64,000 bases of DNA from Albugo candida (taxonomy: Eukaryota). Positions 12,139 to 24,608 of the stretch are shown piece after piece; the first letter of the stretch is position 1, and every line of letters starts with the position of its first letter. The notes under the pieces were generated by a model. The model had not been told where the DNA came from and searched no databases. It saw only the letters and a list, made by a program, of their open reading frames with translations. Where the stretch lies: the NCBI GenBank assembly GCA_040437565.1, contig JBDOQK010000016.1:248001-312000 (forward strand). The letters run 5' to 3'. Both the position numbers and the translations under genes were made by a program.

Positions 12139-13577
12139 ATGGAGCAATACCTATTACAAGTTCCAAAGAATCTAGCTGGAGAAATTCGATCTCATATTGC
12201 GAATGGAACAGCCCAAAATATTCAGCTTGTCTCGAAAGGTATGTCACCATGACTATATATCTCACTACACACTCATGGACATGTTACTAGCGGACAATCG
12301 ACACTTCACATTCGTCTTAAGCGGAAAAGAGTATTTTGCGAAAATTGGTACTATCCAAACCACCGGAAAGCTCATTCACTATCTTTTTATCGACTTTAGC
12401 GCAACTTCCATGCGTATTGGAAACACATAAAACTTACGATGACAACTTTTTTTACAAGAGCGGTGAAATTGGTCAAATGTTCATTGTTTGCGAGAAAGAA
12501 GACGAGAAAGAAGCTGCGAAAACTATCACTGAAATTAGTAATGGAATCACACCACCGAATACAAATGTTGTCAAGCGCAAATATGAAAAAACGAAGCATT
12601 ATACACCGTTTCCGGTTGATCACCATTCATTTTCTTTAGGAGCTAAAATCTCGTTCGCTCGATAGAAACCTGATGTTGCACGAGTGGAAGAAGATTTGAT
12701 CAAAATTCTGCAAGGTGGACCTTTTGAAGAAGTTGGTAAGCAGGGGCTCGCATAAGCTTTTTTCAGAATTTGAATTCTCTATAGAGGAAGAGCTGGTCGA
12801 ATTCCATGATTGGATGGTCGATGAAGCACATCCGAATGGCCTGATTGTCACGGATGAGATGGAATTGATACGTCAACATCCTGAGTACCTGAATCTGACT
12901 CTAGGAGGCTATACAGAGGAGGAGATGGATCGATTGCAGCTCGAAAACGAACTCGAAAGTGCAATGGATTTGGACTCTGCAGGAGCGGAGCTTGAAGATT
13001 TGTCGTTCAACCATATATCTGATGATAATGTACCTCCAATGACCCACGCACCGCTAGAAATGAATGACGAAATAGAATTACAAACTAGTCGAGATTTAGA
13101 AGGGTCTTCTTGCTTGGCACCTAGGGCGAGCCCATCTTTGTCGCAAGATGACGATGGAGTTGACGACCTTGAAAATGAATTGCTGGACGGCTTGGATGAG
13201 AAGTCAGCTGCTGGAGGTTGAATGCTGTCGTGTAGTGTTCATTTTATCCGAGCTTACTGCTCAATCATTGCAAGTAGATGCATCGTATCAACAGAATCCA
13301 AATTATCTCGAATTGGTTGCGACACGAGAACGACTCCAGAAGTGTCTTCAGGATTCTAATAGAAATATTTTCGAGCTTGCGGCCAAAGTGGACGCCAACT
13401 CTAACATAGTCGTCAAGGTATATCACTTTCGTACTTTCATTGTCGGCTGCTCAAGTCAAATCGTATTTCCAGAATCGATTCAAGCAGATGCTTGAAACAA
13501 CACAAGCACAAAAAGCGAAGATCGCTCAAGAACTCGTAGAAACCGTAGAAAGAATCAAACAGATGGAAACTGTCTAA
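12139..13577 (+). CDS. TAF7: TFIID subunit 7 (TAFII55 N-terminal domain), multi-exon
   Basis: MEQYLLQVP..; LPCVLETHKTYDDNFFYKSGEIGQMFIV; NGITPPNTNVVKRKY; C-terminal coiled coil with NIVVKNRF. Confidence 0.85.
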
Positions 13578-13663
13578 GCTTCCTTGAAAATCAGCAAAAG
13601 CGTCATTATTGAAATTAGCCACTAAAAGGGTCGTCTGTGTCTTCCTTCAACTCAACTGCGCAA

Positions 13664-16459
13664 TCAGTGCTCGTGTTTCCACTTGATTAATGCTTTCGCC
13701 AAATCATCAGTTAAGTCAAGACCGGGTATCTTCTTCAAACCCGCGATGTCATGTTCAAGATGGTCTTTTGAGCCTTTTTTGTCGTGCTGCGACACAAATC
13801 AATGAGATGAATGACACTTTCTAGTATATGTGTAGCTTTACCACATCGGTTTGGGATTTCAGTTTGTGTAGTAATTTACGCAAAGCTTTTTCGTCCTCCT
13901 TGCTGGATCAGAATTAGTCAATGGGATAGAATAGAAGATACAAACACATACTTGAAGTAAGATTTCTCCGCCGCACGTTCTTTTTGATCAAACCGATCGC
14001 TGAAAGATGCGATGAGGAATGGTGTTTGACTCGGTAAACATACATGCGGTAATCGGACGGATCCGCGCTGAAGAATTCGACACAATGCCATTTACAAATC
14101 TTTTTTTAAATGCTAGTTTTTGTGTAATGTACATCAACTATCAATTCGCTCTCTATTTTGNNNNNNNNNNNNNNNNNNNNNNNNNNNNNNNNNNNNNNNN
14201 NNNNNNNNNNNNNNNNNNNNNNNNNNNNNNNNNNNNNNNNNNNNNNNNNNNNNNNNNNNNATTTTTTCAAAGTCTGCGAAGGAATTCTCAATCCTACTGA
14301 CTTGCTACCTATTCCTTTTTCCATATTCGTGCTTTTCTGTAAAAACACATGATAGGGATGCGCTGCAGATAGATATCGATATTACGCTTACCATTTTGCG
14401 AGCGGGTTTTCGCAAAAGTTTGGTTTCGTTCTCCTGATTCAAGAGTCGATTTTCAGATTGGTCGCCATATTGATCGTTGACCTGCCCACACTCACTATGG
14501 AAAGTCTCGTCCGATTTATTCGTCCGTTTAATTTGCTCTGGTCCATGTTCACCGATTCTCATCTACAGAAATAGTGTATCAGCTCCACATAAGCACATCG
14601 AATCTTAGACAACCTCCAAATGATGGAGCCTTTCCTCCAACGCAAGCGCCTGTTTCTTGATCCTACATTCGTTGTTCGTATCACTCTGCAATATAGAAGT
14701 CACTATTTGATGGTTGCAACTCACTTGCAAATAATATCATGGTAATTGCCAGCTTGAGAACGGTTACGCTTCTCTTCCGATGTTATTAGCAATCGTCTCT
14801 CGCTGAGTCTTTTCTGCGGAGTTGATATTGCCGAGGTAACTTGTTGTCGCTAAACACCGCACGAATTTAACGAAGAGAATGATAGTTTCTGTGTGGATGT
14901 GAGGTACCAACTGCTTGACGCTTGAACAAGTTACTTTTGATAGCCTCTCAATGTGATTTTCGGATTTTGTTAGTTGATTGACCAAANNNNNNNNNNNNNN
15001 NNNNNNNNNNNNNNNNNNNNNNNNNNNNNNNNNNNNNNNNNNNNNNNNNNNNNNNNNNNNNNNNNNNNNNNNNNNNNNNNNNNNNNTTGCAACTCACTTG
15101 CAAATAATATCATGGTAATTGCCAGCTTGAGAACGGTTACGCTTCTCTTCCGATGTTATTAGCAATCGTCTCTCGCTGAGTCTTTTCTGCGGAGTTGATA
15201 TTGCCGAGGTAACTTGTTGTCGCTAAACACCGCACGAATTTAACGAAGAGAATGATAGTTTCTGTGTGGATGTGAGGTACCAACTGCTTGACGCTTGAAC
15301 AAGTTACTTTTGATAGCCTCTCAATGTGATTTTCGGATTTTGTTAGTTGATTGACCAAATCTTGCATGAGCTTTCCAACTTCTAGCTCAGATCTCCTAAG
15401 ATCCGCTTCAACTTGCTCACGGAAAGATTCCATGGACTTTCGTATCATTTTATCACCACAATTGCTACTAGCCGGGTTTGATTCGAGTCGTGAATCCATC
15501 TCGATTTGCAGGGAAACGATACTGTTACCGAGAAGCTGCTGTGCGTCCAGCGTTTTACGTACCATGTCTCGTAATTGCGTGGTCTCCGCTCGAGAACCAT
15601 CGAGCTCATCCTCTATTTTTTGAACAATGATGTCGTATCTGGATGCCTGAGTCTCATCCATCCGCTCCAGCTTTGCGTACATATCTCTCATTTTTTCTCC
15701 TTTCCATAAAGAGAACTGCTGGTGCTGAACATGGTGAAATCGATCATGTTGTTTTCTTCAAATCTGTCATCAACTACTTACCAGATCTTCATTCAGATGT
15801 TCCAGTCTTGCGTGTTTTTCTTGCATGGTACTTTGTACGATATCGTGTTCGCTTCGAAAAGAGTTCCTTATGGTTTCTATATGACCAAATAATTTTTCTT
15901 GAGTGTCTTTCAAATCCTGCATCCTTTTCTCGGCTGCACACAATGTCAACCGGCCATTCTCGGCTTCCTTAGCTAAGAAACTCCGTAATTGTGCGACTTC
16001 TTGACCCATTTGCATAGTGAGTTGATCCGTATTGAATTCCAGACTCCGTAAATTACTTTCCATCGAAGCAATTCGGTGATTGTGGTCATAAAACTGCGAC
16101 GAACACTGCTCCTTCCATGTATCCAGAGATTTTGCTATCACCGCTCCATTTTCCGTACACTCTATTCTTATCTGCTCTTGATAATCTTGATTTAATTGAA
16201 TGATCTTTGAAAAAGAGGCAAGCTTTTTATCCTGGTCATTTTGCGATGTTTCCAGCTCCAAAAGTCTTTTTTCAAAGGATTGCGTGGCCAAACACGCTGC
16301 TGATACTCGCTCTAGCTGCACTTCCAAGTATGAAAGGTACGCATTTCGATCGGTCATAACTTTCTGTACTGAATTTGCATTATCTCCCGCTTTATGCTTT
16401 TGCAACGCATTCGACCGCATATATTCTTCAAAGTAGGATCCCGATGCATTGACGCGCAT
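13664..16459 (-). CDS. Coiled-coil hypothetical protein, multi-exon (3' exons approximate; interrupted by two N gaps)
   Basis: ORFs 15770-16459 (DRNAYLSYLEVQLERVSAACL), 15137-15691 and 14305-14562 are linked by apparent GT-AG introns. Confidence 0.55.
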
Positions 16460-17004
16460 GCTTCCTGTGTCGACTCAAGTTTCCAATCATTGTGATTGGG
16501 TAAAAACAAACCAATGCCGTTTATCACAGTCACTTCTATGTCATAAGGCATCCATGCATCGAAGCTTCTGCATCGCAAGGGAATATCGTGTAAATAGTCT
16601 AAATAGTCTGTTGCATTAAATGATAAACTATCAGTGCACCAGAGAAATATTAGGTTTATGGTTACTAGCAAGTTGTTCCTTTTCATGTACTTTTACAAAT
16701 TTATATAGGATAAGTATGGGATTACCATCTGGGTGATAAAGGCGACTTGTATAGTAGAAAAGGGCTTCTAACTACTAGGGTTCCATCATGTAAAATTATA
16801 AACTATTCACATCGCGCACGCCTACTCTATTCCGTGCATAACACTGAATCTACTCATTCCATTGTCTTTGCTGCACGGACTACTTGGTACAGAATCGCGG
16901 GCACCTTCCCATCGAGAAGAATTTGATTGCATTCAACGCTAGAAATCTCGCTGACTTTAAAGCACAGCATCTACAATCAACGATATACACACAGACTTCG
17001 TACG

Positions 17005-19698
17005 ATGGATGTTTTCATCGCCCAACCGCAGGTCTTTCTATCATCTCCATCCGCACTCATACAATCTCATCGAGCACCACCCTCAGCTCCTCCTCAACGA
17101 GCACCGCCCTCAGCTCCTCCTAAACGACCACCTCCACCGCCGCCTACTTCATCGTCACAAATTGTGAAGGAAGCTGCATATCAAATTGTCAAGCCCACTC
17201 CTGTGTGCTCAAATGCGGCCACTTCACCCGTCTCTGCATCGTCTTCTTGTACCGCGGAATCAAGCCCATTGCAATCGTTTACCACCAAACAAGCAGATAG
17301 TGAAGAAGAAAACCCACAATTTCAAAGCTTGTCTCAAGAAAAACGTAATTTATTAACTCGCTTTATCGATGAGTCGGTGCAAGACGCTTATGAGCTTAGT
17401 CAAGGCCTGGGAAGAATCCAATGGTACGCGACCAAAACACGCGAAGGCGTTTCTATATGTCACGCAAAAGCCGATGCAAATTTGTCGATTGATGCGGCAG
17501 TACGGAGTAAATGTAACTTGATGGCATCTGTTGAAGAAATTTTAGATTTACTGACCACAGAAAGCACTGAAGAATTTTCAGGACTCGAAATGATCATGAC
17601 TCCTCAAGAATTCCTCGACGGCCAGGTGTTATACACACTGCATCCAAGGGATCGTAGTCATCAAAATAATGTCCGCTTCGCATGTGTAAAATGGCATTGC
17701 TTAAAGACACTAGCTCCAGCAGTAACCACCCACCGCGATTATCTGTACGTTGAGCTGGTTGACCAGTTTATCGATCCGACCACAGGAGCCCTGGTTGGAT
17801 TCCGGCTATCAAAATCTATCGAGTTGAATGAAATTCCTGTCGATGATACTGCCCATCTATTTGTACGTGCACGGACATTGATGCTGACAACAGCCACCGC
17901 CAAAATCATTGCTCCAGTCAAAGGCGAAGAACATACACTCAGCTCCTCTGTAGAGCTTTCATCAATGATCATCAATGATCTAGGTGAGCGATTACCAACA
18001 TGGCTGGTGAATAAAATGGTCGACTCAGCCGCATTACGATCAGCCCGCCTGCGCGACCATATAAACCAGAAGAAAATGGATGTATTTGTCTTTGTTCGAT
18101 CCAGCGAAATGGTGCCATTTTGTAAGCGTGTATGCTGTATCATTTGTACCAAAAGTTTTTCATTCATACGGAAAAAGTACAATTGCGTCGCTTGTGGTGA
18201 TGTCATTTGTACTCAGTGCAGTATTCATCAATTGATTGTTCCCCAACAATACGCAGAACACATTGGCAAACGAAAAGCTAGGATCTGTATTCAGTGCAGT
18301 AGCAGAATTGGGAAGAAGAAAAAAGATTCAGAAACCAGCACTTGTCCCAGTTCGGTAATTTCCTTCGATGAAGGTGGTAAAACAGATTTTTCTAGAAATC
18401 GTGACTCTTGCGAATCGTACGTGTCTAGAAATTCAAGTGCCGGCGCACGAAATAGTAATGGTAGACTCGATGGAAGCTCTTGTCATTTTCGGACGGGAGG
18501 GGATGATGATAGTCGACCAAGTTGGCTTTCAGTTGGAACGAATACAACACTTTCTATGGACTCAAATGCTTCTATGGAAGACTCAATCTCCAGATTTTGT
18601 ACCACTCGTGACTCAATCACTGCTCCTCTGAGCCTTACCAGTAGCATGGATGAAGTCGGAAAATCGGAACCATTGCAAAGACCCACGGAGGCTCGGAAAC
18701 ACGTCTCAAACGTAGAAATTGATCTTGGAATTGGACGATACAAGACAAAATTAACGCGAACACAGTCAGACCTGATACCACCATCCCAAGACTTTGCACG
18801 TTCAAACAAGATGGAAAGACATTCCGAACGATGCGTTCGGAATCCCTCCTTGCCTTCACGTCAATATCTTTCTGAAACTGGAAGAGGAGATAATCCAACA
18901 ATTGAATTAGAAGAAACAATTCCAGAAATAGTGATGAAAAAGACTACGCGCGTCAATTTGCGAAACTCCATTTCCGCAGAAGTGATTGCAGAAATTGGTG
19001 ACGCAGAGGTGAAGCTCCCACATCGAACGTCCATACGACCGCAGCGTAGTCATGTACCAGAGGCACAGTTGCAGCGGCCCAAAAGAGATCCACCTGCCCG
19101 CCCTTCAGCTCCTCCGCCCAGGAAGCCGCAGCTACAATCGCTCCCTCTTCCTCCCGAGACCCCTCGATCATCCTGTGTGGATTTTGAGAACGATACAGCT
19201 GCCATGGCGAGCCTTCAAGTGCATTTAAATCGAATGACTGAGATTTCGCAATCCTTACGCGAATTGAATGTTTTTGACAAAAGGCATTTGCAGACACGAG
19301 CCAGCACAGTGAATGCTTTTGCCAGTTTGTCCAAGATGGAGGGAATTCCAGACGCAGTGGATCCACTTTCTATCACTATTTCGACGAGTCCGTTGCCAGC
19401 ACTCGCTTTACATGAAGTTGATAGTGCTACCCTGGCAACTATACAACAAAGTGAAACTAGTCCAACGAATGCCTCATACTTTGTGGATGGGGACAAGACG
19501 TTCCCTGGTTTTCTACCCGACTCGGCGTTTGTCGAATCGCTCGAAGAAGGAGAACTTGCAGATGGATGGAAAGCTGTTCATTCCAAGACAACCGGCAAGA
19601 TGTACTTTTACAATGAATCTCATGGAACAACTTCCTGGACTGTGCCGGACGCAGAACCTCAAACAGAAGACATAGATGCCGCCTATTTGATTCTATAA
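17005..19698 (+). CDS. START-like + FYVE + C-terminal WW domain protein
   Basis: FYVE: CIICTKSFSFIRKKYNCVACGDVICTQCS..RICIQC. WW: LADGWKAVHSKTTGKMYFYNESHGTTSWTVP. Upstream START-like region (RDYLYVE); Pro-rich N-terminus. Confidence 0.85.
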   Translation: MDVFIAQPQVFLSSPSALIQSHRAPPSAPPQRAPPSAPPKRPPPPPPTSSSQIVKEAAYQIVKPTPVCSNAATSPVSASSSCTAESSPLQSFTTKQADSEEENPQFQSLSQEKRNLLTRFIDESVQDAYELSQGLGRIQWYATKTREGVSICHAKADANLSIDAAVRSKCNLMASVEEILDLLTTESTEEFSGLEMIMTPQEFLDGQVLYTLHPRDRSHQNNVRFACVKWHCLKTLAPAVTTHRDYLYVELVDQFIDPTTGALVGFRLSKSIELNEIPVDDTAHLFVRARTLMLTTATAKIIAPVKGEEHTLSSSVELSSMIINDLGERLPTWLVNKMVDSAALRSARLRDHINQKKMDVFVFVRSSEMVPFCKRVCCIICTKSFSFIRKKYNCVACGDVICTQCSIHQLIVPQQYAEHIGKRKARICIQCSSRIGKKKKDSETSTCPSSVISFDEGGKTDFSRNRDSCESYVSRNSSAGARNSNGRLDGSSCHFRTGGDDDSRPSWLSVGTNTTLSMDSNASMEDSISRFCTTRDSITAPLSLTSSMDEVGKSEPLQRPTEARKHVSNVEIDLGIGRYKTKLTRTQSDLIPPSQDFARSNKMERHSERCVRNPSLPSRQYLSETGRGDNPTIELEETIPEIVMKKTTRVNLRNSISAEVIAEIGDAEVKLPHRTSIRPQRSHVPEAQLQRPKRDPPARPSAPPPRKPQLQSLPLPPETPRSSCVDFENDTAAMASLQVHLNRMTEISQSLRELNVFDKRHLQTRASTVNAFASLSKMEGIPDAVDPLSITISTSPLPALALHEVDSATLATIQQSETSPTNASYFVDGDKTFPGFLPDSAFVESLEEGELADGWKAVHSKTTGKMYFYNESHGTTSWTVPDAEPQTEDIDAAYLIL

Positions 19699-19738
19699 GA
19701 CACACAGAATATATTGTTTCGTGACGTTCATTTTATCT

Positions 19739-21143
19739 TCATTTGTATGGACATAATTCAGAAGTATGGGCAGATGCGGGAACACCACAATAGGCGCACT
19801 CGTTTTCATTCTGAGAGACGGATGCTACTTTTGTCTCACATCCAGATTCATTTTTGTCGGTAACCTTAGCCTGGATGTCCGTCCGATGGTGGTCGAACCC
19901 GTCTTGATTCGATGCGATTGGCAATGGACTCGTGCTTGGATGCGATGGAAGAGTTTCGGGCGTTTCTGCAACTGCCGCTTTTGAGTTCACTGGTCTGAAT
20001 GTCGCAAATCGTATCACTTTTTCTTTTCGCCCAAGCTTTCCCAGCAATCGAGTCACCTAGCCAGAAACGCTGCAAACTCAGGTTTACAGCTGCGAGGATT
20101 CGATAAAGAACATACTTGTTGCAACGACATGAGAGAAGCGTTGACTTCATTGATACCGATTATATACATTCCCGGATACACACTACCGTGGGTTTCAATA
20201 GGTCCTCTTCCTCCTCCTGGAATATCGACAAATCCATGTATCACTGCACAGTCTTGAATTCCACTATTTAAAAGCACGCCGAGCGGGCCTGGAGGAACAC
20301 GAATTTCAATCACATCTTTGATTTCATTTTCTTCTTCGCTGTCACTGTCATCATCGAAAAATGCCTGTCCTTGCAATAGAGCATCATATATTTCCTCTTC
20401 CTGTTGTTCTACCTGCTTCTTTTGCAAATCTTGCGGCGTGATTGCATGGATCGCTTCTGCGTACGTAAAATCAAGTTTTCGAAGCTCTTCATAGTGTGGA
20501 TTCAATCCAATGATACGATAATCGATGCCTGACCAGAGATTCACCAATAAGCATTGCCGAGTGTCTTCATAGTAAAGCGCTCGGAGACTTCGATTTTGCA
20601 TGGACACTATAGGCTGATAATCCACTACTGTTGCTCGATGCCCAAGGTGAAGTATAACATAACCGTTCAGGCTTTCGGGTTCTTTAATTGGCGCAACGCA
20701 TCCCTGTGAACGCAAAAGTTCGATAACCTGCAAATGGCCCTTCCAAATTGCAAGATCCAAGGCGCTGTAGCCGTCCTACCTCCGCATAAAAACAGAATTA
20801 CTGATATAGACATAAGCAAATACGACAATTCGACATAGACTTAAGAAAAACAATATTTACATCTGTGAGCGCCATCAAATCTGCACCTAATTGTAATAGC
20901 ATCAAGACGATTTGCGTGTTACCCATCAAAGACGCACAATGTAGCATACTGAATCCTCCGCTCTGTGGGCTGAGAGTCTTACTCGTGCGCAGAATCCGAT
21001 GCATCAGGAGAATTTACCTCTGTTATCGCTGATACATCGGCCTTGCCTAATTTCAGAGTAAGATACCTCCGCGCCTTATCTATATTTTCCTCCAAAATTG
21101 CATCGCGTAGAAACTGATTGCTTTTTTGCTGCAGTAAATTCAT
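19739..21143 (-). CDS. Ankyrin-repeat + PDZ-like + C-terminal CCHC knuckle protein, 4 exons
   Basis: GFSMLHCASLMGNTQIVLMLLQLGAD / GYSALDLAIWKGHLQVIELL; VPPGPLGVLL..YPGMYIIGINE; CAYCGVPASAHTSELCP. Confidence 0.7.
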
Positions 21144-21249
21144 AGCGAGATAAACGGTTGATGAAAGTCAATGTCGGGTTTAATGTGGTTCACATCAAAC
21201 GTATTGTATGTCTGATTGGCTGCACCAATAGATTGCTCGCGCAAAACGA
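21144..21249. promoter_or_regulatory. Candidate bidirectional promoter with opposed CCAAT boxes
   Basis: 106 bp between divergent start codons; ATTGG at 21215-21219 and CCAAT at 21225-21229. Confidence 0.45.
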
Positions 21250-24200
21250 ATGGCAAACATGCTGAAGAGCTCCGGGGACGATCTCATCCGAACGATCGCA
21301 TCCGATGATGAGGTATAAGTATCGCTTGATGGAATATATGATATGGCTAGACGAATGTTTCTTGTAGCTTTCGATGCATGGCGCGTCAAGTGATGACGAA
21401 AGCAGCATTCACCCATATCTCCTGACCGCTCAAGAAAAAAAGTCGGATGAAAGTGTTCCTGGAAATGTCAAAGATGGCCTTGCAGAAGATTTTCAATTTG
21501 ATGAAGATGAATGTGTGTTTCTTGCAGACAAAATGACAAACAGTCACAACTCTAGCATAAAATCGCGTTCTTCTCGGACAACTTTCCTGCAGCAAAGGAT
21601 CGATGAAAGAAGAAAGAATAAAAGCATTGATCGCGCAGTACAGGATGAAGCTAAAGAAGAAAAACAACAAAGCCCTTCCAGTATTACAGAGAATTCTGAT
21701 AATGAAGATCAAAAAGAGGAGAATACCGATGCAACAAGTCATAGTACTTCAGACGAGGAGCCAGATAAAGTGACAAAGCAGCCAGGTGTAGTCGAAGAAG
21801 AAGCTAGACTTCAAGAGGCGTTGAAAAATGAGAAATTACGTGCAAAAAGTAAGGTAGAACCAGAGCAAGATGATGAAGAACGCGTCAAAGCATTAGCATT
21901 CTTTGAAAATAATCCGTTTGTGAGTTCGGGTAAAAACAAGCAAGTCAGCACTATAAAGGTAGACACATTTGCGGACTTCAAATTATCACGACCAATTCTT
22001 CGAGCACTGAACCAAATGGAACTCACAAAGCCAACATTGATCCAAGAATATGCGATCCCCATGGCTTTACTTGGCAAGGATATCTGTGCGAGTGCGCAAA
22101 CAGGCTCGGGTAAAACCGCGGCTTTCTTGTTACCCATCTTGGAGCGCTTACAGCTTCGGTCTCGTCGTATTGCCGCAACTCGTGTCCTCATCATTTGTCC
22201 TGTCCGTGAGNNNNNNNNNNNNNNNNNNNNNNNNNNNNNNNNNNNNNNNNNNNNNNNNNNNNNNNNNNNNNNNNNNNNNNNNNNNNNNNNNNNNNNNNNN
22301 NNNNNNNNNNCTGCAGCAAAGGATCGATGAAAGAAGAAAGAATAAAAGCATTGATCGCGCAGTACAGGATGAAGCTAAAGAAGAAAAACAACAAAGCCCT
22401 TCCAGTATTACAGAGAATTCTGATAATGAAGATCAAAAAGAGGAGAATACCGATGCAACAAGTCATAGTACTTCAGACGAGGAGCCAGATAAAGTGACAA
22501 AGCAGCCAGGTGTAGTCGAAGAAGAAGCTAGACTTCAAGAGGCGTTGAAAAATGAGAAATTACGTGCAAAAAGTAAGGTAGAACCAGAGCAAGATGATGA
22601 AGAACGCGTCAAAGCATTAGCATTCTTTGAAAATAATCCGTTTGTGAGTTCGGGTAAAAACAAGCAAGTCAGCACTATAAAGGTAGACACATTTGCGGAC
22701 TTCAAATTATCACGACCAATTCTTCGAGCACTGAACCAAATGGAACTCACAAAGCCAACATTGATCCAAGAATATGCGATCCCCATGGCTTTACTTGGCA
22801 AGGATATCTGTGCGAGTGCGCAAACAGGCTCGGGTAAAACCGCGGCTTTCTTGTTACCCATCTTGGAGCGCTTACAGCTTCGGTCTCGTCGTATTGCCGC
22901 AACTCGTGTCCTCATCATTTGTCCTGTCCGTGAGCTAGCAACTCAGTGTCAATCAGTGCTTATCAAACTTGCTCGATTCACCGATATCACAAGCGCATTA
23001 GTCGTTGGAGGACTGCCTCTTAAGGCTCAAGAGCTGGAGCTCCGAACTTGTCCGGATATCATTGTCTGCACACCCGGTCGAATGATTGACCATTTGCGAA
23101 ATTCTCCGAGTGTGCACTTGGACTCCCTTGAGATTCTTGTGCTGGACGAAGCAGATCGTTTGCTTGAGCTCGGATTTACCGAGGAAATACAAGAATTAGT
23201 TCGAATGTGCCCAAGAGCACGGCAAACAATGCTTTTTTCGGCCACAATGACATCAAAAATTGACCAGCTGATTGCCTTATCTATGAAGCGCCCAGTACGA
23301 ATATGCGCAGATCCTTTGTTCGATATGTCCAAGCATTTGGTTCAGGAGTTTGTACGCATTCGACCCAACCGGGAAGCAGATCGTGATGCTATTTTGCTTG
23401 CACTTTGCACTCGGACATTCACACAGAAGACAATTGTTTTCATGGAGACCAAGATTCATGCACATCGGATGATGATTCTATTTGGATTGTCGGGAATCAA
23501 AGCTGCTGAACTGCATGGAAACCTTTCTCAGCAGGAGCGACTTGATGCACTGGAGCAATTTCGGCAAGGAGCTGTTGATATTTTACTATGTACGGATGTA
23601 GCCGCACGTGGAATCGACGTGAAGGGAGTCCATGCTGTCATCAATTATGAAATGCCAAAGGATATCACTACCTACGTTCATCGTGTTGGGCGAACAGCAA
23701 GAGCTGGCCAAGTCGGACGTGCAGTGACACTCACAAGCGAGTCTCGTCGTCTTATCATGAAACAAGTGACTCGTCATTGTCATGGGTTCGCTAAAGCACG
23801 GGCTGTTCCCGATACTGTCATAACGCAGTGGAAAGCCAAAATACAGAGTCTGCAGCAGGATATCGCACATATTTTGATGGAAGAGAAAGTTGAGAAACGC
23901 ATGCACAATGTTGAAAAAGAAGCTCGCCGCGCTCAAAATCTGATTTCGTACCAGGACGAGATTACTTCACGACCAGCTCGAACCTGGTTTGTATCGGAGA
24001 AAGAGAAAAAAAAGATTCAGGAGAACGCCGCGTTACAGCGCCTTGAGAATCAATCTGCAGCCGCTGAACAAGGTACAAGCAAAAAACGTAAAGCTGATGG
24101 TGACGCAGGCGTCAGTGAGACCAAAACGAAGCATTTGAATCATCGAAAACGGCGCCTCCATGAGATCCGTCAACATGAAGAACAGCTTGTCAGCGCTCAT

Positions 24201-24578
24201 AAACAGCATGATGAAGAGGGACAAAACACTAAACATGCAAAGAAACCGTTTACGGAGAAGTCAGTCGTTGGAGCCGCAAAACGAGCTAAACGTTCCAATC
24301 TTCAGGCCACTAGACATAGAGAACAAGAATCTATAGCTGATTTATCGAATCGAAAACGTCAAAAGCGTCAGGCTACGGGTAAAGGCAAACGTCAAATGGG
24401 ATCCGAGGCTTTCAGTAGTGATGGTGGTGGCGCAAGGAATGCAAAAAAGCAAAGCCGGTCGTCTGATAAAATACGTAAGCCTGCTTTTGAGTTCAAGGAG
24501 AAACTCACAGATCGTAAGCATCACACGAAGAAAAGCAAGCAAGCCTTCAAGTCCAAATCAAAATTCAAACGTAGGTAG
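21250..24578 (+). CDS. DDX27: DEAD-box RNA helicase DDX27/DRS1 (segment 21587-22210 repeated across the gap)
   Basis: Q motif, AQTGSGKT, PVRELA, TPGR, DEAD, SAT, ARGID and HRVGRTAR; C-terminal RPARTWF and SKSKFKRR. Probable first exon DLIRTIASDDE from 21250. Confidence 0.9.
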
Positions 24579-24608
24579 ATACACTTCCAAGCCACGATGT
24601 CTATCAAG

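Noticed and set aside
14714-15358. Direct repeats here and at about 27354-27902, 52344-53267 and 63774-63926
   Set aside because: All are identical sequence on both sides of fixed-length N gaps.
21587-22934. Apparent internal duplication of DDX27
   Set aside because: Identical copies directly flank a 100-N gap, consistent with unmerged overlapping contig ends.
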